DNA of 64,000 nt from Gaiella sp. (GTDB lineage Bacteria; Actinomycetota; Thermoleophilia; Gaiellales; Gaiellaceae): positions 1,790,622-1,854,621 of the forward strand of contig JAOSJZ010000001.1 in assembly GCA_027493885.1 (NCBI GenBank), given 5' to 3'. The notes beneath the pieces were generated by a model, which ran no database searches, was not told the DNA's origin, and saw only the letters and a program-made list of their open reading frames with translations. This document shows, piece by piece, positions 1 through 8,995 of this stretch; within the stretch, counting starts at the first letter, position 1, and each line of letters starts with the position of its first letter. Made by a program: the position numbers and the translations under genes.

Positions 1-1767
1 GTCAACGCGTCCGCCGAGACGCTCCACGAGCGCCTCGCGGAGCTCGTCGCGCTGGGCCCCTCCGGGCGCGAGGAGGTCGGGCGCGCCTCCCGCGCGTACG
101 CCGAGCGGGTGCACGACCTCGACCGCGTCACCGACCGCCTCCTCGAGGTCTACGCGAGCGTCGTCGAGCCGGCACCCGACCGGCACGCGACCATCGTGGT
201 TCCGCCGACGCAGCCATCCGACCTCCCGACGGCGCTGCCGATCGCCGGCGAGGACGTCGACGCGCCGCCGCCCGCCGGGCCCGGGCTCCCGCCCCGGGCG
301 GAGGCGGCCTCCGAGGCAGGCCTCGCCCGGCAGCTCCGCAGGCTCGGGCGCCACTCGGCGGTCTACGGCATCGGCGGGCTCGTCTCCCGCGTGATCGCGG
401 TGATCCTGCTCCCGCTCTACACGCGGTACCTGACACCGGCCGACTACGGCAAGATCGAGACGCTCCTGGCGCTGACGACGGTGATGGGCCTCGTGCTCCG
501 GGCTGGGATCACGAGCGCGTTCTTCCGCTTCTACTTCGACGTGGCCGACGACGCCGGGCGGCTGCGCGTGCTCCGCACGTCGTTCTGGTTCACGATGGGC
601 GGCGGCACGCTCGGGCTGGCGCTGCTGCTCGTGCTCGCCGAGCCCGTGTCGTCGCTCTTGTTCGGGACGGCGGAGGCTGCCGACCTCGTCCGCGCGGCCG
701 GCGTCGCGCTCTGGGCGACCGTCAACTACGAGCAGATGACGTCGCTCTTCCGGGTGGAGGAGCGGTCGGTGGCGTTCGTCTCCGCGAGCCTCGCCAACGT
801 CTTCATCACGATCGGCCTCACGCTCCTGCTCGTCGTCGGGCTCGAGCAGGGCGCGCTCGGCGTCATCGTCGGCAACTTCAGCGGCACGTTGATCGTCTAC
901 CTCGCGCTGCTCGGCTACCGCCGCGAGCAGCTCGGGCTGCAGTTCGACCGCGGGCTGCTCCGCGAGATGAACCGCTTCGGCGTGCCGCTCGTCCCCACGG
1001 CGCTCTTCCTCTGGATCACGAACTTCTCCGACCGCTTCTTCCTGGTCAAGCTCGCGGACGTCTCCGAGGCCGGCCTCTACTCGGTGGGCGTGCGCGTCGC
1101 CTCGGCGATGGTCCTCCTCCTGACGGCGTTCCGCATGGCCTGGCCGGCGTTCGCGTACTCGATCCGCGACGAGCGCGAGGCCCGCAGGACGTACGCGTAC
1201 GTCCTCACGTACCTGACGGTCGTCACGGCCTGGGCCGCGCTCGCGCTGACGCTGCTCTCGCCGTGGCTCGTCGACCTCCTCGCGGCGCCGCGGTTCGCGG
1301 AGTCGTCGCGCGTCGTCGGCCCGCTCGCCTTTGCGACCGTCTCGTACGCCGCGTACATCGTGATCGCGATCGGCGTCGGGCGCGCCCGGCGTACGCAGTT
1401 CAACTGGGTCGTGACGGGGGCCGCCGCGGCGGTCAACGCGGCGCTCAACCTCGCGCTGATCCCGAGCTACGGGATGATGGGGGCTGCGATCGCGACGGTC
1501 GCCGCCTACACGACGATGGCCGTGGGGATGGCCTGGTGGTCGCAGCGGATCTACCCCGTGCCGTACCAGTGGCGCAGGGTCGCGACGGCCGCCGTGGCGG
1601 CAGTGGCCCTCGCGGCGATCGGCATGGAGCTGGACGCCGGGCTCGTGCCGTCGGTCGCGCTCGCGCTCGCATACCCACCCGTGCTCGTGCTGTTCGGCTT
1701 CACGAGCGCGGAGGAGCGGCGCCGCCTCGGCCGGCTCGTCGCGCGCAAGCGCCTTCCTACCGGCTGA
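1..1767 (+). CDS. 5'-partial glycosyltransferase C-terminus fused in frame to a Wzx/MurJ-like oligosaccharide flippase
   Basis: Frame open from base 1 (VNASAETLHERLAELVALGPSGREEVGRASRAYAERVHDLDRVTDRLLEVY, GT-B C-terminal helix pattern), Pro-rich linker, then polytopic flippase (LGRHSAVYGIGGLVSRVIAVILLPLYTRYLTPADYG; TNFSDRFFL). Confidence 0.8.
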   Translation, partial: VNASAETLHERLAELVALGPSGREEVGRASRAYAERVHDLDRVTDRLLEVYASVVEPAPDRHATIVVPPTQPSDLPTALPIAGEDVDAPPPAGPGLPPRAEAASEAGLARQLRRLGRHSAVYGIGGLVSRVIAVILLPLYTRYLTPADYGKIETLLALTTVMGLVLRAGITSAFFRFYFDVADDAGRLRVLRTSFWFTMGGGTLGLALLLVLAEPVSSLLFGTAEAADLVRAAGVALWATVNYEQMTSLFRVEERSVAFVSASLANVFITIGLTLLLVVGLEQGALGVIVGNFSGTLIVYLALLGYRREQLGLQFDRGLLREMNRFGVPLVPTALFLWITNFSDRFFLVKLADVSEAGLYSVGVRVASAMVLLLTAFRMAWPAFAYSIRDEREARRTYAYVLTYLTVVTAWAALALTLLSPWLVDLLAAPRFAESSRVVGPLAFATVSYAAYIVIAIGVGRARRTQFNWVVTGAAAAVNAALNLALIPSYGMMGAAIATVAAYTTMAVGMAWWSQRIYPVPYQWRRVATAAVAAVALAAIGMELDAGLVPSVALALAYPPVLVLFGFTSAEERRRLGRLVARKRLPTG

Positions 1768-3085
1768 TCAGAGCAGCGTCTGCTGGAGCAGGAAGGCGTT
1801 GAGCCCGACGATTAGCGCGGTGATCGCGGAGGCGAGGACGGTGGTCGAGCGCCGGTTGACGAGCGTCCCCATCAGCGAGCGGTCGCGACAGAACCAGAGC
1901 AGCGGGACGAGCGCGAAGGGGATGCCGAACGAGAGCACGACCTGGCTCAGGACGAGCGCGCGCGAGGCGTCGATCCCGATCGCGATGACCAGCAGCGCCG
2001 GCGCCATCGTGATCGCCCGGCGCAGGAAGAGCGGGATCCGGCGGCGGATGAAGCCCTGCATCACGACCTGACCGGCTAGCGTCCCGACGCTCGACGAGGA
2101 AAGCCCCGAGGCGAGGAGCGCGACGCCGAAGAGCACGTCCGCATGGCTGCCGAGGTGCGTCCCGAGCTGGTCGGCCACGAGGACGAGGTCGTCGCCCACG
2201 TCCGTGAGCCCGTTCTCGTGGAAGACCGCGGCGGCAATGACGAGCATGCTCATGTTGACGATCCCCGCGATCCCCATCGCGATCACGACGTCGACCAGCT
2301 CGAACCGGAAGATCCGCCGCTTTTCCTCCTCTGTCGCGCCGACGACCCGGTGCTGCGTGAGCGCCGAGTGGAGGTAGATCACGTGCGGCATCACGGTCGC
2401 GCCGAGGATCCCGACCGCCAGGAGTACGCTCTCCGAGCCCTCGAAGCCGGGCACGAAGCCCTGCATGACGTCCGAGCGGTTCGGGTCGGCGAGGAAGACC
2501 TGCGCGGCGAAGGCGACGACGATCACGCCGATGAACGCCGCGATCACGGCCTCGAGCCGCCGGAACCCGCGCGCCTGGAGAGCCAGGATCGCGAACGCCG
2601 CCGCGCTCGTGATCAGCGCAGCGGGAAAGAGCGGGATCCCGAAGAGGATGTTGAGGCCGATCGCAGCGCCGATGAACTCGGCGAGGTCGGTCGCCATCGC
2701 GATCAGCTCGGCCTGGATCCAGAGGAGAAACGAGGCCGTGCGCGGGAAGCGCTCGCGGCAGACCTCGGGCAGGTTCATCCCCGTGGCGATCCCGAGCTTC
2801 GCGCTCATCGACTGGATCACCATCCCCATCAGGTTCGCTGTCAGGATCACCCAGAGGAGCAGGTACCCGAACTGGGCGCCGCCGGCCATGTTCGTCGCGA
2901 AGTTGCCCGGATCGACGTAGGCGACCGAGGCCACGAAGGCCGGGCCGAGGAACGGCCACAGCCCCCGCGCGCCGCGACGCCCCCCCGCGAGGGACTCGTG
3001 CGCCGCCTCGAAGACCCGCGCCTCGCCGGGGGAGGACGTCGTCGAGCGGGTGGACGGGAGCGGAGCGGTCGTGACCGAACGGCAT
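1768..3085 (-). CDS. mntH: Nramp-family Mn2+/Fe2+ transporter, apparent +1 frameshift at G5 run 3028-3032
   Basis: AYVDPGNFATN, GATVMPHVIYLHS and GQVVMQGF motifs; removing one G joins ATG 3085 (MPFGHDRSAPVHPLDDVLPGEARVFE...GPAFVASVAYVDPGN). Confidence 0.92.
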
Positions 3086-3116
3086 CTCCCGCGACCTTAC
3101 GGAACGCGCCGAATCG

Positions 3117-4301
3117 TCAACCGACCATGAGCCCCGTGGTCCACATCGCGGCGATCCCGGCGAGGAAGCCCCCGATCACCCAGCCCGAGCGCAGCCCGCC
3201 GGGCGCCGTCCGCGCCACGTACCGCCCCACCTCGACGACCACCTGGAGCGCGGCGCCCGCCGCTACCCCGAAGAAGAGGGCCGCCAGCACGTCGTTGGAG
3301 GCGTAGCCGCCGAGCCAGGCCCCGAAGATCGCAGGCGCGCCCGCGACCAGCGCGAGGCCCGCGAGCTGCGCGAGCGTCACGCGCCCGCGGCTGGCCGGGG
3401 CGGCGATCCCGAGGCCCTCGGTGACGTTGTGCACCATGAACCCGATCACGAGGAATGCGCCGAGCTGGAGCTCGCCGATCGCGAAGGACGTGCCGATCGC
3501 CAGCCCCTCCCCGAGGTTGTGGACGCCGATCCCGAGCGCGACGAGGAAGGCAAGCGCGAGCCCGCTCATCCCGGCCCGGCCGCGTGCCAGCCGCGCCGAG
3601 AGGAAGGTCATCCCGAGAGCGCTCGCGGCGACGCCGAGCAGCACGAGCCCCGGGCCGCCGAGCGATGCGGGGAGCGCGGCCTGGAGCGCCATCGCCTCGT
3701 CGAGCGCGTCGACACCGAGGAACGTCAGCAAGCCCGCCGTGAGCGCCATGAAGGCGGCGAGCCAGCGGGGGTCGGCCCGGCGGAGCGACGGCAGCCAGAG
3801 CAACCCGAGCGCGACCGGTACGACCCCGACCAGAAACCCGATCAGCCCGTAGCCGAGGAATCCGCGAGGGCTCGGCTGCGGGGTGAGGACGGCCGCGGCG
3901 ACCTCCTCGACCGTCTCGATTCCCGTCGAGCTCGTCACCCCGACCGCGATCGGCTCGTCGGCGACCCAGTCGTACGGGACGACCACCGTGCTCGACCGCA
4001 GCCGCCCGAGCGTCGCAGGCCCGTCGAGCGTGAACGGGACGATCGCGTCGTCCACGGTGACCGAGGCGATCGTCAGGTCGTCGGGCTGCGGGTTCCGCAC
4101 CAGGATGCGGATCTCGCCCTCCCGGAACTCGACGCGCCGGACGTCGAACACGTCGGCGGGCGGCGGTGAGCCCCCGACGAGGTCGATGACGCGATCGCCC
4201 TGCGCCACGACGGTCGCCACGGCGAGCGCGAGCCCGACGAGCGGTACCACCGCCCACAGGCGCCACGCGAGCCCGCCCGCGGTCTCGGCGCGCGACTCCA
4301 T
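3117..4301 (-). CDS. ZIP-family metal transporter with N-terminal extracytoplasmic domain
   Basis: HNLGEGLAIG and HNVTEG metal-site motifs; N-terminal TM plus beta-rich soluble domain; ATG overlaps the TGA of the upstream oxidase. Confidence 0.85.
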   Translation of the reverse strand: MESRAETAGGLAWRLWAVVPLVGLALAVATVVAQGDRVIDLVGGSPPPADVFDVRRVEFREGEIRILVRNPQPDDLTIASVTVDDAIVPFTLDGPATLGRLRSSTVVVPYDWVADEPIAVGVTSSTGIETVEEVAAAVLTPQPSPRGFLGYGLIGFLVGVVPVALGLLWLPSLRRADPRWLAAFMALTAGLLTFLGVDALDEAMALQAALPASLGGPGLVLLGVAASALGMTFLSARLARGRAGMSGLALAFLVALGIGVHNLGEGLAIGTSFAIGELQLGAFLVIGFMVHNVTEGLGIAAPASRGRVTLAQLAGLALVAGAPAIFGAWLGGYASNDVLAALFFGVAAGAALQVVVEVGRYVARTAPGGLRSGWVIGGFLAGIAAMWTTGLMVG

Positions 4302-5316
4302 CACGACTCCTCGACCTGGAAGTAGCCCATCCAGCCGAGCTCGGTGAACTCCGACTGGTGCGCGTGGAACATGAACGTCCCCGCGTGGGCGAAGCGGATC
4401 TCGAGCACCCCCGCTGGCCCTGGCACTGCATCACCGTGTCCGTGTACTCCCAGTGCTCGCCGGTGCCGGTCGGCTGGTAGCGGAAGAAGTCGGCATGGAG
4501 GTGAAACGAGTTGATCAGGTCGAACTCGGTCAGGTTCGCCAGGTAGACGCGCACGAGCTCGCCGCGGCGCACGCGGATCGGGTAGCGCGCGTAGTAGAAC
4601 GTGCGCCCGTTGACGGTGTAGAAGTTGTTCCCGCCGTCGGCGTCCGTGTCGAAGCCGTTCATCACCATGACGAGCTCGCGGGCGGGCTCGCGCGGCGCCT
4701 TCGGGTCGACGATGAACGCGCCGTAGAGGCCCTTGTGGATGTGCTTCTTGAGCGGCGTCGCGTGGCAGTGGTACACGTGGAAGCCGGCCGGCCGGGCCGG
4801 GAACTCGTACGTGAGCTCCTCGCCTGGGCCGACGATCTCGAAGACGCCGTCCATGTTCGTGGGATGGATCCCGTGAAAATGGATCGTGTGAGGGTGCGCA
4901 CCCGCGTTGGCGAATCGCACCCGCAGGAGGTCGTCCTCGGTCGCTCTGATCACGGGCCCCGGAACGGTGCCGTTGTACGTCCAGGCGGGAAAGAAGACGC
5001 CCGGCGCGATCTCGAGCTCCTCGTCGCGGGCAACGAGCGTGTACTCGCGGGCGCGTCCCGGCCGGTACGGAAGCGCGGGCGGAGGGTAGAGCAGGGCGTC
5101 GAGGTCGTTCGGCCCGCCGACGGCCGGCGCGCCCTCGCCGATCATCGCCGCGTGCCCGACCGCCGGCGACCCGGCGTGGGAGGCCGTCGCGCGGTGCGTG
5201 GTGTGCTCGTGCCCCGCCGCATCGGCCTCCCCTGCGAGCGCGACCTTGACGCCGAGCGGCGCCGCAGCGAGCGGCGCCGTCGCGCAGAGCAGACTCCGTC
5301 GCGTGAGTTTAGGCAT
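4301..5316 (-). CDS. Tat-exported two-domain multicopper oxidase, apparent -1 frameshift at C5 run 4408-4412
   Basis: LTRRSLL Tat motif; HPHTIHFHG, YHCHATPLKKHIHKGLYG, NSFHLHAD; adding one base gives GVLEIRFAHAGTFMFHAHQSEFTELGWMGYFQVEES-stop at 4301-4303. Confidence 0.88.
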
Positions 5317-5326
5317 GCCTAAACTC
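5305..5326. promoter_or_regulatory. DtxR/MntR-type operator 1, perfect 22-bp palindrome over the oxidase start codon
   Basis: GAGTTTAGGCATGCCTAAACTC is its own reverse complement; core TTTAG-N6-CTAAA. Confidence 0.75.
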
Positions 5327-5352
5327 TACTCGTGATCTTTAGCCTTGTCTAA
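5317..5352 (-). promoter_or_regulatory. Putative leaderless sigma-70 promoter of the metal operon
   Basis: -35 TTAGAC (5352-5347), 18-nt spacer, -10 TAGAGT (5328-5323), 6 nt to ATG, no Shine-Dalgarno. Confidence 0.55.
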
Positions 5353-5353
5353 A
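5338..5353. promoter_or_regulatory. DtxR/MntR-type operator 2 overlapping the -35 element
   Basis: TTTAG-CCTTGT-CTAAA, same half-sites and spacing as operator 1. Confidence 0.7.
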
Positions 5354-5403
5354 CCCCGGGCGATTATCCCATCAGGACACGTACGTGCTAGCCTGCCCGC
5401 CGC

Positions 5404-5763
5404 TTGGCGACCCAACCGCAGCCGCTCTACTCTGTGTATCGCGCCCGCCTTCGTGCGGTCACGTGCCACCGCGTCGTCGCGCAGAACCCGGCACAGGTCG
5501 GCGATTTCCTGAGCTTCGCCGAGATGGGCGCGAACTTCGAGTGGTGGGATCTCCACCGCGCGGTAGGCGTCTCTCACTGGGAGGACGCGGAGACCGCGGC
5601 TGCCGTTGCGCGAGGCCAGGGTAAGGACTGGCTCGCCGTCTTGGATCTTTCGCGAGCGGACGGACGCACGCCGTGGGCATACATCGGGAGACGCGGCCAC
5701 ATCACAGTCTGGGCGCCTCCCCCGGTGCTCCTGGCCGCAGTGGTCGATTACGTGCGAGTGTAG
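5404..5763 (+). CDS. IS passenger hypothetical protein (119 aa)
   Basis: ORF with TTG start, globular composition, GVSHWED and GHITVW motifs. Confidence 0.55.
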   Translation: MATQPQPLYSVYRARLRAVTCHRVVAQNPAQVGDFLSFAEMGANFEWWDLHRAVGVSHWEDAETAAAVARGQGKDWLAVLDLSRADGRTPWAYIGRRGHITVWAPPPVLLAAVVDYVRV

Positions 5764-5779
5764 GAAAGCCGCGGTAAGT

Positions 5780-5860
5780 CGATAACTACGATAGATGCGA
5801 TTGATGCCATAGACGCAATAGCCACGAAACCTGCTAATACCCTCATAACGGCGAAATCTG
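5780..5860. repeat. Degenerate 9-bp tandem periodic tract
   Basis: CGATAACTA CGATAGATG CGATTGATG CCATAGACG CAATAGCCA CGAAACCTG CTAATACCC TCATAACGG CGAAATCTG. Confidence 0.5.
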
Positions 5861-5877
5861 TAACGTGCGACGTAGCG

Positions 5878-6072
5878 ATGTTCCTCGTCTACGACAACAT
5901 CACCAACAACGTGCTCGATGAGTTCGACACGTTCCATGAGGCCGAGCAGCGGCGCATCCAAGTGATTGGAGCCAATCCGCATCTTGCTGAGGCCATCCAG
6001 GTTGTGGACCTGGACGCGACCGTCGCCCGCTACCGGGTCGAGGTCGAAACGCGCGACGCCCAGCCTGCGTAG
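5878..6072 (+). CDS. IS passenger small hypothetical protein (64 aa)
   Basis: ATG ORF with protein-like composition (FLVYDNITNNVLDEFDTFHEAE). Confidence 0.55.
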   Translation: MFLVYDNITNNVLDEFDTFHEAEQRRIQVIGANPHLAEAIQVVDLDATVARYRVEVETRDAQPA

Positions 6073-6291
6073 TACCGCGCGATCATTGCAGGTCGAACGG
6101 CGTCCCGAGGGGCGCCTTTTTCTTCGGGAGCCATCACAGCGCACACCCACACGTGTGGGATGGCGGTGGGTCCCACCGTGGGGAGTGTCGTCCGGCCCGT
6201 CTGGGACTATGCGCGGGTGCAGTTGGACCCACGCAATCAGGAACAGCCGACCCCCTCTGTACCGTCGGGAGAGATGGAAGGAGCGTCCGCC

Positions 6292-6801
6292 ATGACCAGC
6301 GATCTCGTAGAGCGCCTGCCCGAGTTGGAACGCGAGGCCGAGGACTACGAACGGAAGGCCCATGCGATCCGACAGATCATTGAGGGCGTCCGCGCCTTGA
6401 ACGGCGAGGCCCACGTCATACTTGCGCCGCGACCCGTTCGCAGTCGCCCGCCCGCGGACACACCGAGGGGTCGGGCGGCCGTGGTCGCCCTCATGTCCGA
6501 GAAGGCTCCCGGCTGGGAGTGGGACTTGCAGGAGATCAAACTCGAGATCGTCGAGCGCGGATGGGCGCCCTCCCCGAAGGCCGTGGAGATCGCTGTCAAG
6601 CGCGCTTGGAATCACGGAGAGATCGAACCCGCCGGTCGACCCGGCGCAGGTCTCTACAGGCTTGTCGTCCGCCGGGACGGCGCCCAACTTCCGATCGGCC
6701 ACCGGCAAGGTATGCCGGACCGTGAGGAAGCCGCGGGAGGGGGACCGGAGACCGTATCTCCGGCCCCCTCCGCTTTCACGGAGCGGGTTGCCACTCGGTA
6801 G
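6292..6801 (+). CDS. IS passenger, coiled-coil plus probable winged-helix DNA-binding protein
   Basis: GGAAGGAG RBS before ATG 6292; heptad-like N-terminus (LVERLPELEREAEDYERKAHAIRQII); wHTH-like LQEIKLEIVERGWAPSPKAVEIAVKRAWNHGEI..GLYRL. Confidence 0.6.
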   Translation: MTSDLVERLPELEREAEDYERKAHAIRQIIEGVRALNGEAHVILAPRPVRSRPPADTPRGRAAVVALMSEKAPGWEWDLQEIKLEIVERGWAPSPKAVEIAVKRAWNHGEIEPAGRPGAGLYRLVVRRDGAQLPIGHRQGMPDREEAAGGGPETVSPAPSAFTERVATR

Positions 6802-6926
6802 TGGACCCTGACTTAGACCCAGCGGACACCACTTCCGTGGTGTGCGGTTCAACCCCGCCCCGCTCCGATTTATCGACATCGTGCCACCTGGACCTGACGG
6901 AGGCGAGCCGGTACGCTCGATCCAGC

Positions 6927-7106
6927 ATGAACACTGAGCCGAAAAAGAACACGCGCGGCAAGCCGCGCAAGGTCCCGAAGGACGTGCGCGAGAAGCAGGA
7001 TCCCGAGTACGACGAGGACGCCTTTGAGGACGCCCTCAAGCGCGTCAGTCGACGGCTAGACGATCCTTCCGAACCTGATCGAGGATCGCCCAAAAGAGCG
7101 GCGTAG
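6927..7106 (+). CDS. Small charged protein convergent with and overlapping the transposase 3' end
   Basis: MNTEPKKNTRGKPRKVPKDVREKQDPEYDEDAFEDALKRVSRR; natural-looking composition. Confidence 0.4.
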   Translation: MNTEPKKNTRGKPRKVPKDVREKQDPEYDEDAFEDALKRVSRRLDDPSEPDRGSPKRAA

Positions 7107-7960
7107 CCTCGTCCCGGTGATTCCACCGGAAGGTGTACTCGTTCAAGTAGCCCTGCAAGTGCTTCCGCGAGACGCCGTGATGGACGCCACGGAGCGCGTT
7201 CTTGATTAGGCCGAAGAACCCGTCGATGGTCTGCGTATGCACGTCGCCGTCCACGTAGATCCGCGTGTGGTGCTGGATCCGATGGTGGTTCGGATACTCG
7301 CGCCGAATGTCGAGATCCATCCGGTAGACGTTCGCGTCGTCCGTGTAGACGACCGACGCCGGTAGCACGTACTGCCGCATGTTCGACTTGATCGACGGCG
7401 CTAGCGCGTCCGTCATGACCCGCGCCACGACCCGGCCGCCGCGCTCCACCGCTCCGAACACCGGCACCTTCCGCGCCGCATGCTCCGCACGGCTGCGCTT
7501 CGGATAGGCACGAGCCTTGCCGCCCACGTACGTCTCGTCCACTTCCACCGCTCCCGAGAGAGGCGGCTCCGTGTCCTGGCCGAGCATGTCGCGGATCACG
7601 TTGAACATCCGCCACGCCGTTTTGTAGGTGACGCCGATCTCCCGTTCGAGCTGCTTCGCGGAGATCCCGCAGCGCGTCGAGGACATTAGGAAGATCGCCC
7701 AGAACCATAGGGTGAGGCTCGTCGTGGACTTGTGGAAGATCGTCCCTGACGTGGGGGTAGACCTGGTGCCGGCAGTACTGGCAGGAGTACGCCGAGCGCC
7801 CCGAGACGCGATGGAACTTCGTCGCCTTGCCGCACTTCGGGCACTCGGAGCCGTCCGGGTAGAACCGATCCTTCAAGTAGTCCAGGCAGTGATCGTTCGT
7901 CGGGAACCGGGCCATGAACTCGGCCAGGTTGAACTGCGACTCGCTCGACGGCTGCCGCAT
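7045..7960 (-). CDS. IS1595-family DDE transposase, apparent +1 frameshift at G5 run 7753-7757
   Basis: Zn ribbon CPKC..CQYC; repaired junction QVYPTSGTIFHKSTTSLTLWFWAIFLMS; VEVDETYVGG, VYTDD, HLQGYLNEYTFRWN. Confidence 0.93.
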
Positions 7961-8031
7961 GACCGACTCCCTCTGACGTGCGCTCATGCACCGAATAGTA
8001 CTCGTTACACGTACGTGTTGTCAAGGGATAA

Positions 8032-8757
8032 TCACCAAACCCCGCAGCGGGAGGGCGACAGGCCGAGAAAGCGGAGCGTGCCGCGGCAGAGGCCGAGCGC
8101 GGCCCGCTGCCGCACGGCCGGCGTCGCGAGCGCGCGATCCTCGGCGGCGTTCGTCATGAAGCCCAGCTCGACGAGGATCACCGGCACGTCGGCCCAGTTG
8201 AAGCCCGTGAAGTCGGCGCGCTCCCGGATCCCCCGGTCGGGGAAGCCGAGTGCCCGCACGAGCTCGACCTGGACGAGCCGCGCCGCGCGGCGGCTCGCTC
8301 GGTGGACGTCGTCCGTCCAGCCGCGCCGCAAGGCCGGGGTCAGCGTGTGCGTGCCGCGCGCGTGCGGGCTCGCCGCTCCGTCCGCGTGCACGCGCAGGAA
8401 GAGCGCGGCGCCGGCGCGGTTCGCGATGCGGGCGCGAGCGACGTTCCCCATGCTCGGCCCCGAGGTGCGGGCCCGGGTCATCACGACGCGGACGCCGGCC
8501 GCGCGCAGCAGCGTCCGGAGACGGAGCGACACGGCGAGCGTCAGCTCGGGCTCGCGGATGCCCGTGACCACGCCGTGGGTACCGCCGCCGTCCGAGATCT
8601 TCCGCGTCGCCGAGCCGGGGCCGATCGGCTCCGTCGCGAGGTTCGCCCGCGCGTCGTGCCCCGGGTCGACCACGACGACCGGCCCCTCCGGACGTGAGCC
8701 CTCCGCGGCGGCGACACCGCCGAGGCCCGTCAGAGCCAGCCCGATCAGCGCAAGCAC
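8032..8757 (-). CDS. N-acetylmuramoyl-L-alanine amidase (Amidase_3)
   Basis: Signal peptide; VVVDPGH, EPELTLAVS, FLRVHADG, VILVELGFMTN zinc-amidase motifs. Confidence 0.9.
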   Translation of the reverse strand: MLALIGLALTGLGGVAAAEGSRPEGPVVVVDPGHDARANLATEPIGPGSATRKISDGGGTHGVVTGIREPELTLAVSLRLRTLLRAAGVRVVMTRARTSGPSMGNVARARIANRAGAALFLRVHADGAASPHARGTHTLTPALRRGWTDDVHRASRRAARLVQVELVRALGFPDRGIRERADFTGFNWADVPVILVELGFMTNAAEDRALATPAVRQRAALGLCRGTLRFLGLSPSRCGVW

Positions 8758-8792
8758 AAGACTGTTACTTGCTCGTCTCCGGGAGGGCGCCC

Positions 8793-8975
8793 TCACCGTG
8801 GCGGCATCCGCAGCCGCATCCAGACGTAGGTCAGGAGCGCGCCCGGAACGAAGAGCGCGGCGGCGGCGGCCATCAGCACCTTCGCCCCGGTCGAGTCGAG
8901 GTCGACCGCGAGCCCCGCGAGCATGCAGAGCCCGCCCGCGACGCAGAGCCCGGCGCCGATCAGCCCGGTGCGCAT
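8793..8975 (-). CDS. Small two-TM membrane protein
   Basis: 60 aa with two hydrophobic segments; TAGCCT -10 hexamer 6 nt upstream of ATG. Confidence 0.6.
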   Translation of the reverse strand: MRTGLIGAGLCVAGGLCMLAGLAVDLDSTGAKVLMAAAAALFVPGALLTYVWMRLRMPPR

Positions 8976-8995
8976 CGCGTGAGGCTACTGCCCGC

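Larger units (their letters stand above)
5359..8036 (-). mobile_element. IS1595-family transporter IS with passenger genes (ISNwi1-like ends)
   Basis: Imperfect 29-bp TIRs GGCGATTATCCCATCAGGACACGTACGTG (5359-5387) and reverse complement GGTGATTATCCCTTGACAACACGTACGTG (8008-8036); 8-bp TSD AAACCCCG at 5351-5358 and 8037-8044; internal transposase. Confidence 0.92.

Noticed and set aside
3097-5316. 739-aa ORF suggesting a long oxidase fusion
   Set aside because: Artefact of the frameshift at 4408-4412; the repaired oxidase stops at 4301-4303.
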